Positions 1 to 10,128 of a DNA stretch of 64,000 nt are shown in pieces. Position numbers and translations under genes: made by a program. Source of the DNA: Aplysia californica (Eukaryota); NCBI RefSeq assembly GCF_000002075.1, contig NW_004797330.1, positions 254,911 to 318,910 of the forward strand. Reading direction: 5' to 3'. The notes under the pieces were generated by a model, which searched no databases, was not told the DNA's origin, and was given only the letters and a program-made list of their open reading frames with translations. The number at the start of each line of letters is the position of its first letter. The stretch's first letter is position 1.

Positions 1-35
1 CAAGCATATGTCATATCATCTCTACAAAAACAAAC

Positions 36-169
36 CTTTTTCAAAGGTTCCTTTCGAATATGGTTGGTGCCATTGAACTGTCTTTCCAAGTCATATGTCA
101 AGGCCAAAACTTTCAAATCTACAGCTGACAAAGAACCGTAGTCTCCTGTCTTTTTGGAAAAGGAAGTCA
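36..169 (-). CDS. NOB1: NOB1 coding exon 3
   Basis: ctcag acceptor, (V)TSFSKKTGDYGSLSAVDLKVLALTYDLERQFNGTNHIRKEPLKK, donor GTTTGT. Confidence 0.93.
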
Positions 170-3100
170 CTGAGGAAGAAATGATAAGCATAAGATTTTC
201 AACTGCAGCTGTATGGCAGTATTATTTAATATTCATTTGTAACCAGTTTTAAAGAGATATCACTCCAATACTATAATAATATGAGCACAAGGTCTAAATG
301 TCTACCATTATTCTCATTACAATGCAACTGTCTTAATCAAAACAACACTCCAGTTGGATATTCATGACATAAACACCAGAAAGTGACCCCTCTGACCCGT
401 CTATAATGTTTCTTTGCTTCACAACAAATTCAAAGAAAGAGCCACGATAATCTTTCTTATTACTGACAACTGCTAGTAAATCAGAACAAAATAGTCCTGA
501 ATCATCTTCTAACTAGATCTAAATCTAGGTTTAGAGTAAATCAATAGTAAACACGATCGTCTGATTACTTAGCTTGCTTAGAAGTTCCATAGCACCAGGT
601 AGATAGATCTAGTATAAAAAATTGTGAAAGACCTTAAATCTTAGGCTGAGAGGGTAGATCTAGACATGGATCGATTCATCAAGAAAACCCCCTAAAGGGG
701 ACATTCAAATCTTAGGCTTGGAAGGGGGGGGGGGGGGGGGGGTGTCTTGAACCAATGTAATGTTACACTTTTGTGAGCCGAAAAAATAACAAGGAAAATA
801 ATTTAAGACAAAATAAAAAAAATAAATAACACAAAAAAAGAAAATTAGCTATGCCGTGGCGATACAGTAGGTCTAGGCCTTTGAGCGGCATGCACGCATT
901 ATATGCCATCTCGCACTTTATTAAACAATGGCGGTAGATATCTACATGTAGGCCCTACTATGTAGTCTAATTTTAATCACACTACACTGGTGTGGCTAAA
1001 GTGATAAAATGACACCATTAGTTTTTCCGGAAAAGTTCCGCTTGTACCGCATTTAATTATTATGTGTGTATGCATGTTTTTCATGAATACTATGTAATGC
1101 ACATAGAACAATGATTGTAACACGGATTTGAGCAATATAAATGTCATATTATTATTATTACAGGTCGAATAATGTAATTTTACGGGATTGAGCGGGGGTT
1201 AAGTCCCAAAAAAGTATGATTATATTTGAACGGCCCCAAACCACGCTGGTGACACCTGCTCAATGTCAGGGTACACACTGTTTTTGTATGGTACACCAAG
1301 CAACCTCCAGGAAGTTTTATTTATTTTGTAGACATTCACATACTTTTAATTTTTATCTAACAAAACTCATGTTGGCTACTTTGATTGCCAAGGGCATATC
1401 AACGATATATTGCAATATTTTCATGAATTTTTTTTTTAGCTATACACGTCTTGCAACTTATGCTATTTTCAAATGCAAATTTCTCAGAGGACAGATAGCG
1501 CCAGTGTTTAATACATACTCTTTACTAATATGTATAAAACTAAAAATAGCAAACACTGAGCAACCTACAAACACATGCCCCAAATAAAAAATAAAAAACT
1601 CAGAATAACAGTTCAAACACAGAATAAAGTTTGGAACTTTAATGAATGGGATGAGGAAGATGTCATACTTTTTCAAATGATAAAAATATAAGCTTGATGA
1701 GAGCCGCTTTATAGTATCTGTCGTCATGGATCTCCAACTGGCTGATGAGTCACTCTAAATGACACATAAAACTCTGTAAAAAGTGGTGCTGTTGTTGCTA
1801 TTAGCTCAAATTCGGTTACAGTATCGACAACGCAAACAATCGCTGAATACAGTATAAATACAGACCAAAAAGCACAGCTTCTGAAGATGGTTCTTTGAAG
1901 GTCAGCTCAACTGGCAAAGTCTTGAGCCTCTGTCTTGTTGCTTTATCACAGCTTTCAGCTATCACTTCTGGCACAGTGTACACTTTCTCTCCGATGTCCT
2001 GCACAAAGAGAAAGGAAAACATTACAGCAGCAAAAAAATTTTTTTTAAAGGGTTGCAATAAGAGATTTGATGGTGCTCTTTTGTCTCGTTCAGAGTTTTT
2101 AACCTCTTCGTTACCTTAGGATGTACCTGGAAAGTCACGCAAATGCATAACTTTTGGCTTTGTGTCGTACCAAATACGTCACGGAAGTTGGCAAGATTTC
2201 CAATTCCAGGAAGCATACAAGACATTACATGTACTTCACGCTAGTCATCTGGTTCCATTTCTACTGTATGGAGTTTTAGCCACAAGTACAGTGTGGATTT
2301 TGTGCTCAGGAATTTAAAAACATGCATGCATTGATACCACATTTGCTTGTGTTACTTTACTGCTAACCTTAGAAGGGACTGATTTATAAACACAGGTATA
2401 GTCTTGCGAACGGCCGCATGCTCTCGCAAAAGGTAAACACCAAAATGACTTTAAAAAGACAGAAATGTTCTTTTACTTTACAACTTTGATTTGCAAGTTT
2501 TTCAAGATTATAGAGTAAGTAAGATGGAGAATATGGGGAATGAGGAAAGTGACACTATTGAAGACCTAGGGTCCGAAATATGTAAGGAGAGGGCTAGATC
2601 TAGACCGTGAGTCCAATAACAGAGACATGAATGATGAGACTGTTATCCTGGCAAATGAGCAAAACTGAAAATCAGTACCGACAGTAGGAATGCACACACC
2701 CTGGCAATGAAAAGGCTAAATGAAGCTACATCATGAAAAAGGGGTCGGACTAGGACTTAAATATCAAGATGCAACACTTAAGCTTTAAAATGTAAATAAG
2801 GAGGGGACACTTGAAGGATGAACAGAAAGCAGAAGATTTTGACTAAGAATTACCTGATTTATTTCATGATTGCATATATAGACCTGTCGTTAAAAAGAAA
2901 AAGATTGCCCTATTCAAATTATCATCTTATTACATAGAGAGGCTACAGCCAATAAAGAAAAAGCTGTCTTCATGAATTCTGCTAGGAAAAAAAATCTGTT
3001 ACAATCAGCATTCTACAAAAAATGACTAATGCATTGACGGGGACAATTTTACAAAATGGTATGAAAACAGAATTTACAGCCAGGCATGTATATAAACATA

Positions 3101-6100
3101 AATTCACAACAGCTCGAACAGTTTGCCATTTCCAGACAGTAATATTCTCTTTGTATTGGTAGCACATTATTCTCGACTTGAATGGTTTGAATGGACAGAT
3201 GTGTCAAACAGCTTATCTCAAAGAGCCCAATCAAATTTTCACCCTGAAAACTCTCAATATCAAACCAGCTGCGCACATAATGGAAAACATACACACCCAT
3301 CATTATTGAGAGGATCAGGTTACATGAGCGCCCCCCCCCCCCCCCAACCTTCTCACGAGCTGGCCACTTTTCCCGACCCCTGGACATGGCCAGACACATC
3401 ATGACACGTCTTGCACATGTCTCCAACATTGTTGGTGTAAAGTAATTAATAATGCTTCTAATTGGGGGTTGAATCCTGAGTTTTCATTCAGTCCGAGTTT
3501 GTTGTGTATCTGAGTTTGACTATACTTTAAGCTTCGTTGTTCAAGAAAACTATCTGACCTACTCTCCACCTTCATTTGCCCTCCTTATAATCCTTCATAA
3601 GATGGTGAAATGAAAATGGAACTTTTACCCTTGAGTTTAGGTCAACATGACAATGAAGTCACATAGTACCACAAATTGGACAAACTTCTGACAGCTACAA
3701 GTTAGGCCGGCATTATTTTACTCCTGGACCCCTCTCATACTCAGTATTTCTAAAGCACTTTTCTTGTTCATTTTTATCTGCTTTACATGAATTTTGTCTT
3801 TATATCTACCGCAAATTATTAGCAACTTAGCCCCCAAAACAGTGCATCTTCAGGCGGGTCTAAAAATTTAAAAAATATTGTTTAGGCCTATGATGATTCA
3901 AACTGGATCAGTGGAATATTAGATTCAGCATATTGAAGCCTTTTTCTGGACTACTACATTGTACCGTGTGTATGAATGTGCAGTAAAATTGATTACTGAT
4001 AGGTGCATTCCACTCCATAATTTGCTCTGAGTGAGTGATTGTGTCTTTTACATAAGCTAAATCTCAAACGTCACAAAATACAACAACGGAAAAACAAAAA
4101 CACATCCCAGTTCAGCTCAAGACACTACAGTTCACTGTCAGAGTTGTCTGAAATCTCATCAAAACTTGAGTCAGACACTGCTCAGCTTGACCATTATGTC
4201 CATTTTGTCATGGCTAGTGCAAACACACTCACATCAATAATAACCAAAGCTCAGCAGTGGATAAAAAAGAAGACTGCAGACGTGAGAGAAAGTGCAAGTG
4301 TGATGATTACAAAACAAACAAACATGAAAGATCAGTTGGATAAGCTGGTGCTGTGCTTGGTAGAAAGATTTTCTGGCACATCAGAAGATAAAGTTTTGAG
4401 GAGTGCAAGGATATTTGACTGGACAAGTGTGCCTGGAACTGACAAAATGGATGAGCTGAAAGAATATGGTGAGACACAGAAGGACGACTTGATAGCTTAT
4501 TATGAGACTGCTTCAACACCAAGGATGCTCAACACTGAAAATAAAAAAAGAGTGGCTCATGTTTCTCTCCGAAAGTCAGGGCTTACTAGGCCTACCTCTG
4601 AATGAGAACAAGACAATTTCAATCTTGAAAAAAGTATGACATTTCCTAGTCCGTCTCATTTGGCTCATATAATCTCTGTTTTGCCATCATCCACAGCCGA
4701 GGTAGAAAGGCAGTTTTCTTTGATGAGGCGCATCCTTGGTGACTGGAGGCATTCGCTTTCCAGAGATATGCTTGAAGAGATCATGCTTATATGTCCCAAT
4801 GGTCCTGGGATCAAAGAATTAAATCCAGAACCCTGCATAGCAAAGTGGCAAGGGATGTGTCTCACAAATAGATGTCCTGATAAAACAGCATTATCCTCTG
4901 AAATCATCTTCTCTAGTGATACTTTTTAAAATCACTTCAAGTTTTTTCCCATAAGGGACAAACAGTAAGCCAGTCTTTTTCCATATTGTGTCTGCCAACA
5001 TATTTTCAATATTCTGATCTAGTCATAAAATCATATGACATGCTGACTGTTTCTAAGGTCTTTTTTTATATAACATACTTTAAGACATATTTTCAAAAAT
5101 TGTTTTCACGTATCATAGTCATAACCATACTGTTTAACAACAGTTTTTAGTTCATTTTTTTTTCCATACAAGTTCATAAGTTGTTTTCACTCCTCGCTTT
5201 TTTTTAATACAAGGTCAAAATGTGTTTTCATTTAACATGATTTGTTTTTATTTTATCACTACACCGCCTGAAACCACCCTGTTTGAATCTCACTTATGAT
5301 TAATGATAACGTCTTACCCAATTGGTCAAATCATTTACTGTTTTCTATTGTGCCCTATTTCCAACAGTAGTACATTATTCATTTTAATCCAATCAATAAG
5401 GGGTAGTCATAAAGGCATTTACGTCAGATGCGACCGTGATCGAAACCTGAGTTAAAACTGTGATTTTTAGTGCTTTTGTTTTGATGAGATTTTACTGTGA
5501 TTTACTTAGTTTTCATTCATGATTTTACAAAAGTTCCAATAACTTTATACTTTTGTAGACAGTAAGAATAAATTGTATTGTTATAAACGTTGAGATGCAC
5601 GATTCAGCATTAGCAACTCTAATCAACAAAATGATCACCTATAATTTTTGCCTTGGTGCCCTAGCAAATTGCCTCGGTGCCCTCTGATTTTTAGGCCACA
5701 TCGAGGCAATTTTTTCCCTCCCTCCAGAACATCTAATTCAAGTCCTGAGATATCAACACAACAATAAAAATAAAAAAGAGAAGATGGAGATATCTGGGAC
5801 ATGTTATGAGAATGCCGAAGACGAGATAGCCCTATCAGTATCAGACATGGCTATGGAAATCAACTGAAAAGAAAAAGCGGGGAAGACCAACTGGAAGTTA
5901 TAGAAGCACAATAAGGAGGCAATCACCCAGGGCTTCTAAAGATGTCTGAAATTGGAGAAAGTGGCTGCGGATAGACAAGCTTGGCTTCGACTGCTCTCAG
6001 CCTTGTCATGTGCCAGATGGTATAGGGAGAGAGTAAGAACATCATTAGCCTCAGAGAGGATAGCAGCTGAGAGGTGTGAAGTTTTGACCACTTGCCTTGT

Positions 6101-7202
6101 GACAGCTTGCCACATGCAACTAAACGTAGAACGACGCAAACTCTTCTTAGATAAGGCGGCCATCTTGTATGACGTCAGACCAGGATACCCCATCAATCAC
6201 ATGACTACATTTATAAGTAGCCGCATGGCACCAAAGATCATGTAGAGAATCTTTGATGGCATGACGCTTTGGTGCGATGTTTTTCCAGGAATACCGACAA
6301 TGTGATATTGATATCACATTATGATGATGCGGCTGCTTTGATGATGCTGCTGCTAATCTCTTCTGCGCATTTTTAAAATCGCACCTGGGGGGGGGGGGGG
6401 GGGTAATCTTCCGGCATCTTTACCCTGGCAACAATAATTTAAAGACACTCACACACACATATATAAACAATAGCATGATAAGTCGCGAGCAGGGCCGATG
6501 GGATTGCAATTATGCAAATGAGCTCTCGTGCGCATCTCTAGCCCTCCATTGTACTTTGCCGGACCAGGAGTAGTCCTAGGCCAAGCCAGCAGAGTTGCGA
6601 GCAAATAAGAATAGTGGACCACGTGATTAGATTGACCAATTAGCCTCAAGGTGTCAGGGTCATGGGTCAAAGGGCACAGTGGCACGGTCGTGATGACTGA
6701 AAAACCCGGTAAGAGACGTCAGTCGATTGCTGGCAGTTGAAGAGTGAGGATGTAGAAAACTGAGTAGGAGAGTGAGTAGGGGAGCTCGGAAACGAAGAAC
6801 AGCGGGCCACTAGGCACTAGGGGCGCCACAGCGAAAGTAGTTCCGACCGGTGGTCCGGTAAAGTACAATCTTACCGAATCTAATCTAGATTCTAGATCTA
6901 GATCTAGACCTTTTCTACAACTAGATCTAATCTAGATCTTCTAGTAGAATCTAAATCCTCTGACTTTGACGCCTCAACCTAACAACAGGACAGGACAGGC
7001 ACAGGCAGTCACACTCAGTCAGTCACAGGAGGCAGAAGTCAAGACATAGATTAGATTAGTTTTGACGTCGAAGTAAGACAGATAGAGTAAAGATTACCAC
7101 CGGTCTTCACGTATACTAAACATTCAGAATACGTACTCGTAAAGGAGCATTACGTATGAAAGCCCCAGCATCAGCGACAACGTGCTGAATCTTCGATGCC
7201 AT
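36..7202 (-). CDS. NOB1: RNA-binding protein NOB1 (18S rRNA PIN endonuclease), coding exons 1-3; gene continues left of the window
   Basis: Exons 7202-7137, 1998-1866 and 169-36 join via GT-AG in phase: MASKIQHVVADAGAFIRNAPLR/DIGEKVYTVPEVIAESCDKATRQRLKTLPVELTFKEPSSEAVLF/VTSFSKKTGDYGSLSAVDLKVLALTYDLE..., the NOB1 PIN domain (HVVADAGAF, KKTGDYxSLSxxD). Confidence 0.95.
697..1237. mobile_element. MITE, probably PIF/Harbinger type, in NOB1 intron 2
   Basis: TIRs GGGGACATTCAAAT (697) and ATTTGAACGGCCCC (ends 1237), 12/14 match, flanked by AAA on both sides. Confidence 0.55.
1866..1998 (-). CDS. NOB1: NOB1 coding exon 2
   Basis: tgcag acceptor, DIGEKVYTVPEV...FKEPSSEAVLF, donor GTCTGT, 133 nt. 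Confidence 0.92.
4039..5747 (+). mobile_element. Decayed hAT transposon (transposase C-terminal part and right end) in NOB1 intron 1
   Basis: ORF 4636-4929 LAHIISVLPSSTAEVERQFSLMRRILGDWRHSLS is the hAT C-terminal dimerisation motif; the upstream ORF 4039-4605 is separated from it by a stop; subterminal repeats tgcct(t/c)ggtgccct at about 5650-5685 and a CCTG end at 5747. Confidence 0.8.
5780..5995 (+). mobile_element. RTE-clade LINE 3' fragment
   Basis: Translates as RWRYLGHVMRMP ... KRGRP ... ADRQAW, typical RTE C-terminus, frameshifted. Confidence 0.6.
7137..7202 (-). CDS. NOB1: NOB1 coding exon 1
   Basis: ATG at 7202-7200, MASKIQHVVADAGAFIRNAPLR, donor GTACGT. Confidence 0.93.
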
Positions 7203-7224
7203 CTTGAAGATGAACGATGGATGG

Positions 7225-8517
7225 TAAGCATGGGCGAAGTCAAGTCGAGATTCGGAATTCGGCGAATTCGTGGGGTCTGAGTCGGAGATCGAACATTGGG
7301 CAGGAGGACGAGTCCGAACACGAATTCCCGAACTAGGGCAGCCAAGGGGAAAATAGATCACGAGGAGCGAAAACATATTTAATTTGTTAAAAACTGTGAA
7401 TAATTTTACGCAAAACTGCACCCAAGAAACATTTTTGAACGCTCAAAAGTTAGATTTGAATGAATAAAAATGCATAAGTTTGAAAAGTATCATAAAACAC
7501 GATGTCTTATTTCTATTTTCCCCTCGCTGTGTTCAGAAGGAAGCAGCGAGTTCGAATTGGACCGTCCCACGATTCCATCGACTCAATGAAAGTCACATGA
7601 GCTTTTAGAACGCGCTGATTCGCTAGCAGTTACAAATCCCTTCTGCTGGTGGTTATGCCCTAAGAGGCCAAGGTCAAATTTACGCACTACGGTGACGGAC
7701 GAGCATTGCGTCTCTGATTGCACCAATCACAATTGCAAGCCATCTTCACGTCAAATTCAAATCCCGTGATTATCCCAGCCTCCTTCTTTCTTTGGCTTTC
7801 ACTACGATCACACACATTTCACTACTTTTCTCCTCTTCATTGTACTATCTACATGTATTTTCTTACGACCTGTCTGGCACTTACATTTACATTGTCACAT
7901 TTCTCGTCTCTTTTGCATTACTCCATGTTTGTTTTCAACCTTGTATGTTTCATCTTGTCATAATAAATGTTGATTATGATATAAATCTAGATCTAGATCT
8001 ATTACTGTTATTTTTTATAGACTTCTGTCTTGCTGACTGTTGCTTTGATTTGCATGGTCTGACTTTAGAGTTCGAGACTGCGGGATTTTATGCTTTGATT
8101 TTTATTATGACCTGTTTGCATCCATTATCCTCGCACATGAATGCGGCTGTACTGTCAACGAGGGGCAAATAACTTTCAAAACAAACTGGTGCCCTCCCCT
8201 GATGTCAATGAAAACATTGCCTGCCTCAATCCCGACCTCTGTGACCTCTTCCCTGCTCCTTCCCCCTCCCCCCTCCCCGCCCCCTTTGTCTACACTGGTC
8301 CGTGGAGTCGGGATTCTCTACAGCGTGTTCGACTCGACGGATGTAGGGAGAACGACTTGACTTGACACGAATCCCACCGAATTGACCTTGCCTCTCCTCA
8401 AATTTGATTGGCTGCTATCTTGACCTGAATTCGAATTCGGAGTCGAAGTCGACGAATTCGCGCCCAAAAATGTTCGGAGTCGAAAGTTCGGAAGTTCTCG
8501 GAGTCGGCCCACCCTTA
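7225..8517. mobile_element. Non-autonomous hAT-type element inserted in the NOB1 5' leader
   Basis: Perfect 8-bp TSD ATGGATGG at 7217-7224 and 8518-8525; imperfect TIRs TAAGCATGGGC and TAAGGGTGGGC (reverse complement); subterminal TTCGGA/GAATTCG clusters at both ends. Confidence 0.85.
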
Positions 8518-8525
8518 ATGGATGG

Positions 8526-8560
8526 TGAAATGAAAGCGGAAGTAATGAGAGAATCTTATC
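8526..8560 (-). promoter_or_regulatory. Probable original NOB1 core promoter / 5'UTR
   Basis: ETS-like GCGGAAGT at about 8536-8543; removing the insertion gives ...ACTTCCGCTTTCATTTCACCATCCATCGTTCATCTTCAAG-ATG on the minus strand. Confidence 0.5.
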
Positions 8561-10125
8561 TGTAGAAATCCAATGTTATTGGTAACAAAGGAACTCTTTA
8601 CGATCAATGTTTAAAAAGATATGCAAAATTATTGTTGAAATAGTACTCGCACAGTTGTTCAAATATACTTACTGTAACCGCTATAGGTTACCTGATTTTT
8701 ACAAGGCCTAATAAATCTAGAAGCCCAATTAATTAGTAGGCCTACGATTTTTTTTTTAAAATTCGCAATTTCTTAATCTATGGTATTAGTTGTGTGCTCG
8801 TGATAATTAATTTTGTCAAATACTCAAACCCTAAATGTTGAGAAAAGCAAGAAAAGATACGTAACGTACATATAGGGGCTACGGTACAAAGACTATGTAT
8901 TCTGCACCCGGAGTTTTTATGTTTTAGGGCTGCAAATAAAGAAACGCTTGAAAAAAAAATAGATGTACTCATCGATAGAGCTAAGTAGTAAGAGTATTCG
9001 TAGATGTAATTAATGAGGGACAATTGCGCAGCCCAACCTATGGACAAGAGCAAGCAACCGGCGGTCTAGCATTTTTTCTCTCTGTCAACACTTGAGAACA
9101 TACTGCAGACTTTAATTCACATTCCATGAAATCGGAAATGGAAATTACTTATAATTACCCAACAAGTGGTATCTAAATCGGGACAACTGGACGTAGAGAA
9201 AAATTTTATAGAAAAGTCCAACAAACTCGAATCGAACTATAATAACTAGATCTATGTTAACGAACTATTCAACGTCAAAACCCTTGACTTTCGAATCTAA
9301 TGCTGTTCGAATATTATATTATATTACGCGCGGTGACCGTAGTGGACTCGCCGTCATCCTTTAGAATAAACATTAACCCACTTTAAAAGAAGCAAAGAAA
9401 CAAAATAAAAAATCCTCTGAACAAATTAAAAAAAAAATCAAACAAACAATATATACCAACCAAGACAAAATTATCAGTAAATTAGTTAATAATTTGAACG
9501 TCCTTCTCATGTCTCAAAAAATGCAAGGTCTCTGCGTCTATAAAAAGATCAAACTTTTTCTATTTTTTCTACCATTCTCATTTTTAAGACCCATACAGAA
9601 TATTTGTGTGAGCCTACGTGTGTGACTGTGTGATCNNNNNNNNNNNNNNNNNNNNNNNNNNNNNNNNNNNNNNNNNNNNNNNNNNNNNNNNNNNNNNNNN
9701 NNNNNNNNNNNNNNNNNNNNNNNNNNNNNNNNNNNNNNNNNNNNNNNNNNNNNNNNNNNNNNNNNNNNNNNNNNNNNNNNNNNNNNNNNNNNAAATGTCC
9801 TCTGCCGCGCTGCTTCGAATGCTGTCAATAATTTGTCAATGTTTCAAACATAGACTCTATATTACCCTTGGCTTCTTTGTTATGCTTTAGGCAAGATATT
9901 GCCACAGGTCCACGCACCCTTTAAACAATTTTATCCCCCACCCTGTGGTAAACAACCATTAGAAAAAGGGAAAAAATATTCGTAAACATTAGCCTGCATT
10001 GTTGCAGCATTTCATCGCCAAATTCGTGCCATTGGGAAATTACTATTGGAACGATGATTGTGAATGGATTCTGAATGCATTGATGCTTTGGCAGTTCATG
10101 TATTCATCACACGGAACCCGACAAA

Positions 10126-10128
10126 ATG
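10126..10128 (+). CDS. VPS35: VPS35 probable exon 1 (ATG only)
   Basis: ACAAAATG|GTGGGT: good invertebrate start context and donor; exon 2 starts in phase 0 at Pro2. Confidence 0.55.

Noticed and set aside
4039-4929. Domesticated ZNF862-like gene nested in NOB1
   Set aside because: Fragmentary, interrupted by a stop, and still attached to transposon subterminal repeats.
7221-7229. ATG|GTAAGC as VPS35 exon 1
   Set aside because: It is created by the TSD-transposon junction and would overlap the NOB1 first exon.
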